A DNA stretch of 64,000 bases from Eggerthellaceae bacterium (GTDB lineage: Bacteria; Actinomycetota; Coriobacteriia; Coriobacteriales; Eggerthellaceae): positions 19,365-83,364 of the forward strand of contig JBGUXY010000053.1 of NCBI GenBank assembly GCA_045118335.1. The letters are read 5' to 3'. Shown here in pieces: positions 45,702-54,922 of this stretch. Both the position numbers and the translations under genes were made by a program. The notes beneath the pieces were generated by a model. It saw only the letters and a list, made by a program, of their open reading frames with translations, was not told the origin of the DNA and made no database searches. The number at the start of each line of letters is the position of its first letter. Positions within the stretch are counted from its first letter, which is position 1.

Positions 45702-45845
45702 CCTAGAGTGGGGAAGGTAGAAAAGAACTTTGGAGCGACCCTGCCAAACGCGTCGTGTTTGGTCTATACTTGAACAGCTAGGGCGCTACTGGGAGGAAGC
45801 ACCCGCTTGGTGAATCGTGTCCATACGTAAGACGAAAGGAACATC

Positions 45846-46562
45846 ATGGAGCTGAAAGCGATTATCGTCGACGACGAAGCCCCTGCCCGTTCCGAACTGC
45901 GCTATCTGCTTGACGAAATCGATGCTGCCGAGGTCGTTGCCGAGGCTTCGAGCGTGCGTGACGCCATCGAGAAGCTGAAAGAGTATCCGTGTGACGTCAT
46001 GTTCCTAGACATCAACATGCCCGAAGCGAGCGGCTTGCAGCTGGCAGAGGCATTGCAGCATCTGAAATACCCGCCAGCTGTCGTGTTCGTAACAGCATAC
46101 AGTGAGTTCGCCATCGAGGCATTCAAGGTAAACGCGATCGACTATCTGGTGAAGCCGGTTGAAACCGATCGCCTGGCGCAGGCATGTGCACGGGTGCGCG
46201 AGCACGTCACCCTTCACGCGAAGGTTCAGCGTCTCGAGCGCATTCCGGTCGAAAAGAGTGGGAAGAAGATCCTTATCGGCATCGACACGATTCGCTATGT
46301 CATGGCGCGCGATGACTATGCGTACCTGCAGACGGATACCGACCGCTACTTCAGCACCGTGAGCCTAGCTCAGCTGGAGAAGCGACTTGATGGCCATGGG
46401 TTCTTCCGCGTGCACCGCGGATACTTGGTAAACCTTTCCATGGTCACGGAAGTGGAATCGGTTTCCGGCGGCACGTTGCTGCTCACGCTCGATGGCTGCG
46501 AAGATCAGATTCCGGTTTCCCGCAGGCGTGTTTCGGCGCTGAAGAAGGCTTTGGGTCTGTAG
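45846..46562 (+). CDS. LytTR-family response regulator
   Basis: Receiver (IIVDDE ... FLDINMPEASG ... VVFVTAY) plus a LytTR output (IRYVMARDDYAYLQTDTDRYF ... FFRVHRGYLVNL). Confidence 0.9.
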   Translation: MELKAIIVDDEAPARSELRYLLDEIDAAEVVAEASSVRDAIEKLKEYPCDVMFLDINMPEASGLQLAEALQHLKYPPAVVFVTAYSEFAIEAFKVNAIDYLVKPVETDRLAQACARVREHVTLHAKVQRLERIPVEKSGKKILIGIDTIRYVMARDDYAYLQTDTDRYFSTVSLAQLEKRLDGHGFFRVHRGYLVNLSMVTEVESVSGGTLLLTLDGCEDQIPVSRRRVSALKKALGL

Positions 46563-46589
46563 ATAGAAACCCACATACTCGCATTCGAG

Positions 46590-46613
46590 AGGCGGTGCCC
46601 CTGGGCGCCGCCT
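46590..46613 (+). terminator. Hairpin after the LytTR regulator gene
   Basis: AGGCGGTGCC-CCTG-GGCGCCGCCT (10 bp including one G-U pair), followed by TCTTGAT. Confidence 0.45.
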
Positions 46614-46714
46614 TCTTGATGCGTTCGGGTTTTCCATATTCTGCATGCTGCAGGGCGCGAAAACCCTGGTTGCGACCACCCGCGAAGGCGAAAACGCCGT
46701 TTTCTACATGAAAT

Positions 46715-46774
46715 GCCGACTTGTGGGTCAAGGATTCCCGAGTTGTGGGTCACGGAAAGCCGAGTTGTGGGTTT
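46715..46774 (+). repeat. Three direct repeats with an exact 22-bp period (core CCGAsTTGTGGGT)
   Basis: GCCGACTTGTGGGTCA (46715), CCCGAGTTGTGGGTCA (46737), GCCGAGTTGTGGGTTT (46759). Confidence 0.85.
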
Positions 46775-46962
46775 TGGCGAGCGGGGGGCGTAGAGCGCTG
46801 TTTCACTGGGTTGGAACAGCGCTGCGTTCCCTGTTCCGTGCAAGCGGTTGCCTTACGTCATTTTCAATGTCTTGACCATGGCGGTTTTCGGTAATTGTCT
46901 TTGCGCTGTATGCGGCGGCAGTATCCTGTTCTGAAAACGTCGCTCGAACGCGAAGGGGCGCT

Positions 46963-49344
46963 ATGATCGAGGCTTTGAAGATACATGTGACCGGCATCGT
47001 GCAGGGGGTGGGGTTTCGCCCTTTTATCTATCGGTTGGCGAAACGATACCAGATCAATGGGTGGGTGCTCAACGCCGCCGATGGTGTGACCATTCACGCC
47101 GAAGGCGAAGGCGAGCAGCTCGACAAGCTCGTGCTTGCTATTTCCAACGATGCCCCTGCTGCTGCGAACGTTAGGGAAATCGAGCTGGAGGAAGTGCCGA
47201 TTCAGGGCTTCGATATGTTCGAGATTCGCTTTTCAGATCAGGCAGAAGTCCAGAAAACCACGCTCGTATCGCCTGATTTGGCAACGTGCGACGACTGCGT
47301 GCGCGAACTGTTCGACCCAGCGGACAAGCGCTACCACTATCCGTTTATCAACTGCACAAACTGCGGGCCGCGCTTCACCATCATTCGCGACCTTCCCTAC
47401 GATCGTGCCAAGACGTCCATGAGCGTCTTTCCCATGTGCTCCGATTGCGATCGTGAATACCACGACCCCTTGAACCGCCGCTTCCACGCCCAGCCCGACG
47501 CCTGCTTCGATTGCGGGCCGCACATCAATTTTGCGATTCCTGAAAACGGAACCATGAATGTGCGGTGGGGCAAGACGCGGGAAGAAAGCGATGCCATCAT
47601 AGCGGACGCGGTGCAGATGCTGCGCGATGGGGCCATTTTGGCAGTGAAGGGGCTCGGTGGGTTCCATCTGGTGTGCGATGCCGCCAACGAAGAGACGTTG
47701 GCTTCTCTTCGGCTGCGCAAGCGGCGTTGGGGGAAGGCGTTTGCCGTCATGGTGCGCACGGTGGACGACGCACGTGCGTATTGCCTGGTGGGAGCCGAAG
47801 AGGAAAACACGCTGAAGAGCCCTGCGCGACCTATCGTGCTGCTGCGCAAACGACCCGATGTGAAGTTGGCACGCGGGTTGGCCGACGATCTACCCGAGCT
47901 GGGCGTGATGCTTCCCGCCACTCCCGTGCAACACCTGCTGGTGGCCGAATTCAGCGGCATGCTGGTAATGACCTCTGGCAACGTGCACGACGATCCAATC
48001 GAGACCGATGATGCGAGTTCGTATGTGGCTCTAGGAGGTGTTGCCGATGCCTTCCTGGGCAACGACCGTCCCATCCTCTCGCGCTACGACGATTCCGTGG
48101 TGCGTGTCATATCGGCTGGTAGTGCGGGGGAGACGGTGCAGGTCATCCGCCGGGCGCGTGGCTTGGCGCCCCTTCCGCTCGCATTTCCCGAAATGCCTGT
48201 CGATCGGGTGATTCTAGCCACAGGCCCCGAGCAGAAGAACACGCTGTGCCTGGCTCGTGGTGGGGAGGCGTTCATCTCCCAGCATATCGGCGACATGGAA
48301 TGTGCGCCCATAAACGATGCCTGGTTGCAGGCGAAGGCGACCTATGAGCACGTGCTCCAGTTAAACCCCACCATTGTTGCGCACGACAAGCATCCTGAAT
48401 ACCTGACGAGCAAGTGGGCTGCAACGCAGAAACTGCCGAAAATCGCCGTGCAGCATCATCATGCGCATGTCGTTGCGGCCATGGCGGAAAACAAGCTCGA
48501 GGGCCCTGTGTGCGGAGTCGCCTTCGACGGCACTGGCTATGGCGAAGATGGCGCCATCTGGGGTGGAGAAGTGCTCATCTGCAACCAAGAGGCTTTCGAG
48601 CGCTTCGCCAACTTCGCCTATTTCCCCCTGCCGGGCGCAGCGGCTGCCATCAAGCATCCGCTGCGTTGCGCCTATGGAGCGCTTTGGGCGTTCGATTTGC
48701 TGGAGCACCCAGCGGCGAAGTGCGTGATCGACGGGCTGGCAGGTACTGCCGAAATATGCGGGCAGATGATCGAACATGGTCTGAATAGCCCTCATACAAG
48801 CAGCGTTGGGCGTCTGTTCGATGCAGCGAGCGCCATCCTGGGGCTGTGTACCGAGCCCACTTACGAAGGGGAGGGCGCGATACTGCTTGAAGCGGCTATC
48901 ACCAATCGGGGAGCTAGAGGCGAGAGGGACCAATCGGGCGACTATCGCGAAACCGAAACCGACTATCGCATCGACATGGTGAAGAACGTGGCGACGGAGA
49001 CCAGTACGGCATTCGACACGTCGGTGGTGCTCATGGATGCAGCTCCACTGTTCCAGGCGTTGCTCGATGACATGCAGGCTGGCATCGCCGTGAGCATGAT
49101 CGCGCGGCGTTTCCACGATGCCTTCGTGGATGCCGTTCTGGCGCAGGCACAACTGGTTGAAGCAGTGTATGGAATCCGTACGGTCGTGCTCTCGGGAGGC
49201 GTGTTCATGAACCGTTACCTTGTCGAGCATGCGCTTACCGCCTTGGAAAAAGCTGGTTTCACCGTGGCCATCAACCACGACCTTCCACCCAACGATGGTT
49301 GCATTTCATACGGTCAGGCCATTGTGGCGCGTCAGTTGATGTAA
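46963..49344 (+). CDS. hypF: [NiFe]-hydrogenase maturation carbamoyltransferase HypF
   Basis: Acylphosphatase-like N-terminus (IHVTGIVQGVGFRPFIYRLA). Two zinc-finger motifs (CDDCVRELFDPADKRYHYPFINCTNCGPRFTI, CSDCDREYHDPLNRRFHAQPDACFDCGP). YrdC and Kae1-like domains. Confidence 0.95.
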   Translation: MIEALKIHVTGIVQGVGFRPFIYRLAKRYQINGWVLNAADGVTIHAEGEGEQLDKLVLAISNDAPAAANVREIELEEVPIQGFDMFEIRFSDQAEVQKTTLVSPDLATCDDCVRELFDPADKRYHYPFINCTNCGPRFTIIRDLPYDRAKTSMSVFPMCSDCDREYHDPLNRRFHAQPDACFDCGPHINFAIPENGTMNVRWGKTREESDAIIADAVQMLRDGAILAVKGLGGFHLVCDAANEETLASLRLRKRRWGKAFAVMVRTVDDARAYCLVGAEEENTLKSPARPIVLLRKRPDVKLARGLADDLPELGVMLPATPVQHLLVAEFSGMLVMTSGNVHDDPIETDDASSYVALGGVADAFLGNDRPILSRYDDSVVRVISAGSAGETVQVIRRARGLAPLPLAFPEMPVDRVILATGPEQKNTLCLARGGEAFISQHIGDMECAPINDAWLQAKATYEHVLQLNPTIVAHDKHPEYLTSKWAATQKLPKIAVQHHHAHVVAAMAENKLEGPVCGVAFDGTGYGEDGAIWGGEVLICNQEAFERFANFAYFPLPGAAAAIKHPLRCAYGALWAFDLLEHPAAKCVIDGLAGTAEICGQMIEHGLNSPHTSSVGRLFDAASAILGLCTEPTYEGEGAILLEAAITNRGARGERDQSGDYRETETDYRIDMVKNVATETSTAFDTSVVLMDAAPLFQALLDDMQAGIAVSMIARRFHDAFVDAVLAQAQLVEAVYGIRTVVLSGGVFMNRYLVEHALTALEKAGFTVAINHDLPPNDGCISYGQAIVARQLM

Positions 49345-49380
49345 TCTTGGGCTCTCGGAACAAAGAAGAGGAGATACGCC

Positions 49381-49620
49381 ATGTGCCTGGCCATACCCGC
49401 ACAGATAGTGGAGCTGAAAGACGATAACATGGCGGAGGTGACCATCCTCGGCGTCACCCGCGATGCTTCCATCGACCTGACGCCTCAGGCCCAGGTGGGC
49501 GATTACGTGCTCATCCACGCCGGTTTCGCCATCGAAGTGGTCGACCAGCAGTATGCCGAGGAAACCCTGCAGCTCATACGCCAGTTTCCCGAGCTTGCCG
49601 ACTTCGAGGAAGCCATGTAG
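49381..49620 (+). CDS. hypC: Hydrogenase maturation chaperone HypC
   Basis: MCLAIPAQIVEL N-terminus, 79 aa. Confidence 0.9.
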   Translation: MCLAIPAQIVELKDDNMAEVTILGVTRDASIDLTPQAQVGDYVLIHAGFAIEVVDQQYAEETLQLIRQFPELADFEEAM

Positions 49621-49652
49621 CCAGTGTTCTTCCGAACGAAGGAGATGTCATC

Positions 49653-50765
49653 ATGAGTGCAGGAGCAAGCATGAGCGTGGAAGAAGAACTTGCTGCTTTC
49701 AAAGACCCGAAGCTCGCACGAGGTCTCATCAAGTCGATTCAGACATTCGCGCCCGAGCACGCCAACCTCATGGAAGTGTGCGGCACACACACCGTTGCCA
49801 TTGCCCGCAACGGCATTCGCGCGCTCATGCCCGAAGGCACGCGCCTGCTATCGGGCCCTGGCTGCCCGGTCTGCGTCACGTCGAATCGCGATATCGATAC
49901 CGTCATCGCTCTTGCACGCGTGCCTGAAGTAACCATTACCACGTTCGGCGACATGTTGCGCGTGCCCGGATCCACGTCGAGCCTGCTTGGGGAAAAGGCC
50001 CAAGGACGTGCCGTCGAGGTGGTGTACTCGCCGCTCGACGCCATCAAGTACGCCCAGGACCACCCGAGTGAGCAGGTTGTGTTCGTGGGCGTGGGGTTTG
50101 AGACCACCACACCTCTCGTGGCCATAGCCATCAAGCGGGCCATGGCTTTGCGGCTTGAGAACTTCAGCGTCTACGTGGCGCACAAGAACATGCCCAATGC
50201 GCTTGAAGCCATCGTCTCAGACCCCTCGCTCGAGGTGCATGCGCTCATCCTTCCCGGGCATGTGAGCACCATCATCGGCGCCGAGCCCTATCGGTTCCTC
50301 GCGCAGAAATACGGCATTCCCGGCGTGATCACGGGCTTCGAGCCCGTCGATGTGCTCCAGGGCATCGCGATGCTCATGCGCCAGCTCCACGAAGGGCGTG
50401 CCGAAATCGAAATCGCATATGCGCGGGGCGTCATGGAACAGGGAAATCCCGTGGCGAAAGCCGCCATCGACGAAGTGTTCGAGACTTGCACCGCCAATTG
50501 GCGTGGGCTCGGTTCCATTCTCGACAGCGGTTATCGAATTCGCGAGCAGTTTGCGGCCTATGATGCCGTATTGCGTTTCGACCCCGACATCGAGCCCACT
50601 TTGGAACCGAAAGGATGCCGGTGCGGCGACGTCTTGCGTGGTGCGATGGCGCCAGACGCCTGCCCGCTGTTCGCCAACGGAGTATGCTCTCCGGAAAACC
50701 CGGTCGGTCCGTGCATGGTGAGCTCCGAAGGAAGCTGCGCTGCCTATTACCGCTACTATCGCTAG
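49653..50765 (+). CDS. hypD: Hydrogenase maturation protein HypD
   Basis: EVCGTHTVAI, SGPGCPVCVTS, FVGVGFETT, PGHVS. Confidence 0.95.
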   Translation: MSAGASMSVEEELAAFKDPKLARGLIKSIQTFAPEHANLMEVCGTHTVAIARNGIRALMPEGTRLLSGPGCPVCVTSNRDIDTVIALARVPEVTITTFGDMLRVPGSTSSLLGEKAQGRAVEVVYSPLDAIKYAQDHPSEQVVFVGVGFETTTPLVAIAIKRAMALRLENFSVYVAHKNMPNALEAIVSDPSLEVHALILPGHVSTIIGAEPYRFLAQKYGIPGVITGFEPVDVLQGIAMLMRQLHEGRAEIEIAYARGVMEQGNPVAKAAIDEVFETCTANWRGLGSILDSGYRIREQFAAYDAVLRFDPDIEPTLEPKGCRCGDVLRGAMAPDACPLFANGVCSPENPVGPCMVSSEGSCAAYYRYYR

Positions 50766-50896
50766 ATTGCCTTTCAGCAGGATGATTGTCTGGCGAGGCG
50801 CCCTAACGCGGCCGTGAACTCTGGCCTTTTGCCAAGATGCAGGTTTTTTCGTGATGCGGCAGGGGGAAGGGGTACATTTGCAGAAGAAGCGATTGA

Positions 50897-51748
50897 ATGC
50901 ATGAAGGAACTCTCGTGAAACGTGGCACAACCGAACAAGAAGAGGCGATCCGGCAAGAGGGCTTTTGTTCGCCAAAGTTGAACTGCGAAGATAGCGAAGG
51001 CTTGGCGGACACAGCTTGGACGCCGCGGCAGTTCGGCCAAAAGAGCATGCAGGAATTGCGCGAAGTATCGCACGAACCAGCTGGCACCCCTGCGAATTCG
51101 GACAATCGTCGCCGCAAGATCCGCGAATACACGCTCGGCGAGGAAATTGCGAATTCCATCACGCATGGTATCGGCGCGGCCTTGGCTATTGCCGCCATCG
51201 TGCTCTGCACGGTGTTTTCGGTGCGCGATGGTGCCGGCGTTCTGCTGGCGGCGGCGCTCATATACTCCATCAGCATGTTTTTGGAATATCTCATGTCCAC
51301 GCTCTACCATGCCATTCCAGCTGAAGGAGCCAAGCGCGTGTTCAAGGTGCTCGACCACAGCTGCATCTACCTGTTCATTGCGGGAACGTACACGCCGTAT
51401 TGCCTGGTTACCATGGCGGGTTTGGGTGGTATGCGACTGGGATTGTTCGTTTGGATCATCGCTTTTGCCGGCGTGGCGGTAGAAGCGTTTTGGACGTATC
51501 GCCCGCGTTGGATTTCTGCGGTCATCTACGTGCTCTTAGGTTGGGCCGTGGTGTGGTACATCCCCACGCTGACGCAATTGTTGCCGCCTGTTGGTTTCTG
51601 GCTGCTGTTCGTGGGTGGATTGTGCTACACGGTCGGTGCGGTTTTCTACGTGCTGAAAAGAATCCCTTACATGCACACGGTGTTCCACGTGTTCATTCTG
51701 GCAGGTAGCATATTCCAGTTCTTCGCAACGCTGTTGTTCGTGCTCTGA
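50897..51748 (+). CDS. Hemolysin III / PAQR-family membrane protein
   Basis: EEIANSITHGIGAALAIAA ... STLYHAI ... LDHSCIYLFIAGTYTP ... HVFILAGSIFQF. The start is uncertain (ATG 50897 or 51047). Confidence 0.8.
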   Translation: MHEGTLVKRGTTEQEEAIRQEGFCSPKLNCEDSEGLADTAWTPRQFGQKSMQELREVSHEPAGTPANSDNRRRKIREYTLGEEIANSITHGIGAALAIAAIVLCTVFSVRDGAGVLLAAALIYSISMFLEYLMSTLYHAIPAEGAKRVFKVLDHSCIYLFIAGTYTPYCLVTMAGLGGMRLGLFVWIIAFAGVAVEAFWTYRPRWISAVIYVLLGWAVVWYIPTLTQLLPPVGFWLLFVGGLCYTVGAVFYVLKRIPYMHTVFHVFILAGSIFQFFATLLFVL

Positions 51749-51882
51749 TAAAGGCGAAGGCCCGCCGATGCCAACAGGAAGGCAACAGATGGTTGCTCGT
51801 GATGCCATGGTAGCCTTGTCGGTGCTTTAATTCCTTGCATGTACTCGGCACGGGATGGTCCTGTGCACTCGTGGAGGAACGT

Positions 51883-52758
51883 ATGCCCGAACAGCGCGGA
51901 ACACTATATCGGGCCAGCGACGGTTTGATCGCTGGCGTATGCGGCGGGTTTGCGCAACGCTGGGGCGTGGACACGGGTGTGCTGCGCTTTGCCGTCGTTG
52001 CGCTCACAGTAGCTACCGGTGGGTTGTTTGCGCTGGTGTACATCGCGCTCTGGCTGGTGCTGCCCCTTCGTGACGAGGGGAGCTTCACCGTCGATGTGAG
52101 TCCCGATTCGGTGGCATCCTACACGTACGGCGCAAGAAGCGAGCGGGGAAAGCATGTCAACAAGGAAAAGACCCACGTCGATTATTCGCATATGCCCCCG
52201 CAATCTCCCGATGCGGCAGCTGCGGCTGCGCGCATGCGGGCAAGCGAATTGCAAGCTCAAGGACCCATGCATCAAGCCGAAGGCGCAGTTGCCCTGGGTT
52301 TGGGCTTCGGCACCATCTTGGCGGTCGCTGGCATGGCGTTTTTGCTCAGCTCGTTTTCCACCATGCTGCATCCCATCCAGTTCTGGCCATTGATTCTTGT
52401 CGCCTTGGGCATCATCCGCATGGTCGTGCCCCGGCTTCGGGGTTATCGCATTGAAAGCTTCATGATGGGTTTTACGGCCTTCTGCCTGGGCATCGTGCTT
52501 CTTGTATGCACCACGGGCATGAGCTCCATGCATTTCACGCAATGGATTTCGCAAGGTTGGCCTATCGTTTCCATGCTGCTGGGATGCGGTTTGCTTTGGA
52601 GGGCCACGCACCTGAACGGTTTTGCCTTGTGCGTTCTGGTCCTAATCGCCGCGTTTTGCGTCGCGGGAATCGTGTTCTGTTCGGATCCCGGTCCTGCGCT
52701 ATCGGTTATCGCCGATCAGCCGTTCACCAAGGGCTTTCCCACGATGGGGGTGCACTAG
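51883..52758 (+). CDS. PspC-domain membrane protein
   Basis: Track ORF 51835..52758. ATG 51883 lies 4 nt after GGAGGA. LYRASDGLIAGVCGGFAQRWGVDTGVLRFAVVAL. Confidence 0.75.
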   Translation: MPEQRGTLYRASDGLIAGVCGGFAQRWGVDTGVLRFAVVALTVATGGLFALVYIALWLVLPLRDEGSFTVDVSPDSVASYTYGARSERGKHVNKEKTHVDYSHMPPQSPDAAAAAARMRASELQAQGPMHQAEGAVALGLGFGTILAVAGMAFLLSSFSTMLHPIQFWPLILVALGIIRMVVPRLRGYRIESFMMGFTAFCLGIVLLVCTTGMSSMHFTQWISQGWPIVSMLLGCGLLWRATHLNGFALCVLVLIAAFCVAGIVFCSDPGPALSVIADQPFTKGFPTMGVH

Positions 52759-52761
52759 GCG

Positions 52762-53190
52762 TTGAAGCACTTTTCGGATTATCCGCGAAAAGAGCGTTCG
52801 CTCATCGTGATGGGCGTAGTGTTCGTATGCATAGGGCTTCTGGGCTTGGGGGTTGGCTACGTTGCCGTGGGATGGTGGAATTTCCTCATTGGCAGCGTGA
52901 TTCGCGCGATTCGCGGTCTGGTGCCCATTGCCCTCATCTTGCTGGTCGTGTTGGTAATATGGGCATCACGCACCGGCAGACTCCACGACATGCTCCATTC
53001 CGGCACTTCGTCGGGGCTTCATCGCAGCCTCGTCGACAAGCGGATACTGGGCGTGTGTGGAGGAATTGCGCAGTCCCGACATGTGGACAGCACGCTCGTC
53101 CGTCTAGCGGTGATCTTGATATTTATTGCGTTTCCCCTGCTCACAGTTTTAGCGTACTTTGTGCTTGCTTTTGTGATGCAACCAGGCTAA
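52762..53190 (+). CDS. PspC-domain membrane protein (domain at the C-terminus)
   Basis: LHRSLVDKRILGVCGGIAQSRHVDSTLVRLAVILIF. The start is uncertain (TTG 52762 or ATG 52810). Confidence 0.65.
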   Translation: MKHFSDYPRKERSLIVMGVVFVCIGLLGLGVGYVAVGWWNFLIGSVIRAIRGLVPIALILLVVLVIWASRTGRLHDMLHSGTSSGLHRSLVDKRILGVCGGIAQSRHVDSTLVRLAVILIFIAFPLLTVLAYFVLAFVMQPG

Positions 53191-53275
53191 AACGCTTGGG
53201 GGCCGCTTAGAGTGGTGCCAAATTGGCGTTGGGCTTACCGATTGCGGTATAATTGGAAACCCTTCTTGAAAACGA

Positions 53276-54124
53276 ATGGCAGTTTTCACACTCAGAACGC
53301 ACTCGGCTGCCGCTTATACGGATGCATTGACAGAAGGCAGCGGAGGAATTTTGGCGCGTAGGGCTTCATACAAGAGGCGTAACGGCTCGTTCTCTTTCAC
53401 AGTCCCCGGGGCTGTGACGGCGCTGGCCGTAACTGCTTTCGCGCTCTTTTTCGGTTTCGGCATCGCGCAAGGTGCGGATAGCAGCGACGATGTCACGCTG
53501 GGTATCGGGGATGCGCAAAGCACGCTTCCAGAAGACATCGATGAGACGATGGCCCCCGAAGATCTGGCCACGTCAGATGTCGTCTCGCCAAGCCAGGCTT
53601 CGGATACCGGAGCAATTGACGCTCAGTATGGCGACTTGAGCTCCGCCGAGTCCTTGACTGTTCCCCAGCAGCGTACGTTCACAGTCGAAGATCCCGAACC
53701 CACAATTGTGCTTGCCGCGGTAGATACCGGCGATCCGGCTACCGTGGTCGCTGCGGCCAAGATAGGCACTACGCATCCGCTTCCCGCGGCACAGCACCTG
53801 AAGGAAGATACCTCGGGCGAAGAATGGCTTACGGGTGTGGCATCTGCCTACGATGTAGCCAGCAGTTCGACGCTCACCTACTCGGGCCGTGCGTTTGACG
53901 ACGATTGCGTGACCGTTGCCGTGCCCCAGGGTATGGAAGAATACGTAGGTCGTCCGGTCGAAATCGTATGGCATGATCAAGTGGTTATCGCCACCGTCAC
54001 CGACACTGGTGGATTCGCCAAGTATGGTCGCTGTCTCGATCTTGGCGGCGGCGTGTGGAAGGCGTTCGGCTGCGAGAAGATTTCCGACTGGGGTTTGCAG
54101 ACCATCGAGTACCGCTATCTGTAA
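53276..54124 (+). CDS. Membrane-anchored secreted protein with a C-terminal RlpA-like DPBB / 3D-type domain
   Basis: TM anchor AVTALAVTAFALFFGFGIA, an acidic linker, then GVASAYDV..TYSGRAFDDDCVTVAVPQG..GRPVEIVWHDQVVIATVTDTGGFAKYGRCLDLGGGVWKAFG. Confidence 0.6.
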   Translation: MAVFTLRTHSAAAYTDALTEGSGGILARRASYKRRNGSFSFTVPGAVTALAVTAFALFFGFGIAQGADSSDDVTLGIGDAQSTLPEDIDETMAPEDLATSDVVSPSQASDTGAIDAQYGDLSSAESLTVPQQRTFTVEDPEPTIVLAAVDTGDPATVVAAAKIGTTHPLPAAQHLKEDTSGEEWLTGVASAYDVASSSTLTYSGRAFDDDCVTVAVPQGMEEYVGRPVEIVWHDQVVIATVTDTGGFAKYGRCLDLGGGVWKAFGCEKISDWGLQTIEYRYL

Positions 54125-54273
54125 GGTGCAATGCGGCCGTCTTGTCGGCAAGATGCACGATGGTATCCAGTCGAGTCTTCTAAGAATCTCGAATTGTCAT
54201 TCGCATTGCTTCGCACTGGTGTTGCTTCCCCTGGACAGAACCAAAAGGCGCGCCATATCGTTCAAATGCAAGA

Positions 54274-54301
54274 GAAGCGGCGTCGATTCAGACGCCGCTT
54301 C
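54274..54301. terminator. Bidirectional terminator between convergent genes
   Basis: Perfect 11-bp stem GAAGCGGCGTC-GATTCA-GACGCCGCTTC. Confidence 0.7.
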
Positions 54302-54327
54302 CCATATCGTAGTCTCGAGAGGTGTTG

Positions 54328-54843
54328 CTATTCGCCGGCAAGAGGGCTCGGGACGCTGTAAGCGCGGGCGAGCAGTTCCTTGTTCAGCTCGTAGAGGCCA
54401 CGGGCGTCGCCGCCGAAGAGCCTCATCTTGTCGATCATGCCCATCGCGGTTTCCTCTTCCTCGGTTTGCTCTTCGATGAACCAGTCCAAAAACTTCATGG
54501 TGCGGTAGTCTTTCACCTCTTCGGCGGCGGCGTAGATGCCGTTGATAAGCGAGGTCACGTACTTCTCGTGCTCCAGCGCAGCCTCGAGGGGTTGCATGTG
54601 GTTCTCGAACACCTTGTCGGGCTGGTCGATGGCTAGCAGCTTCACGGGCATGCCGCAGGTATGCAGGAAGTTGCGGAATATCATGGCGTGGTCGCGCTCT
54701 TCCTGAGCCTGGATCTCATAAAAGTTGGCGTAGCCGTCGAGGCCCTCTTCCTCGTAGTAGTCGGCGAAGGAAAGGTAGAGGTAGGCGGAATAGAGTTCCT
54801 TGTTGATCTGGTCGTTGATGAGTTCGTAGACTTTCTGATCCAT
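54328..54843 (-). CDS. ftnA: Ferritin (non-heme)
   Basis: Track ORF 54328..55032. ATG 54843 (MDQKVYELINDQINKELYSAYLYLSFADYY ... EIQAQEERDHAMIF ... LEHEKYVT) follows AAAGGAG. Confidence 0.9.
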   Translation of the reverse strand: MDQKVYELINDQINKELYSAYLYLSFADYYEEEGLDGYANFYEIQAQEERDHAMIFRNFLHTCGMPVKLLAIDQPDKVFENHMQPLEAALEHEKYVTSLINGIYAAAEEVKDYRTMKFLDWFIEEQTEEEETAMGMIDKMRLFGGDARGLYELNKELLARAYSVPSPLAGE

Positions 54844-54922
54844 GAGGGATTGCTCCTTTGCTGGTCGAGGGTTGTGGGAAGCGTGCTTCCTGTGCGTCCT
54901 GATTCTATCATCATATGAGAGA

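Noticed and set aside
44246-46562. LytS/LytTR system as the cognate sensor of the GG-leader peptides (quorum-sensing circuit)
   Set aside because: Peptide-sensing LytTR systems use HPK10 (ComD/AgrC-type) kinases, whereas this kinase is of the LytS/YehU (PF06580-type) class. The genes lie 25-32 kb from the peptides, so there is no supporting linkage.
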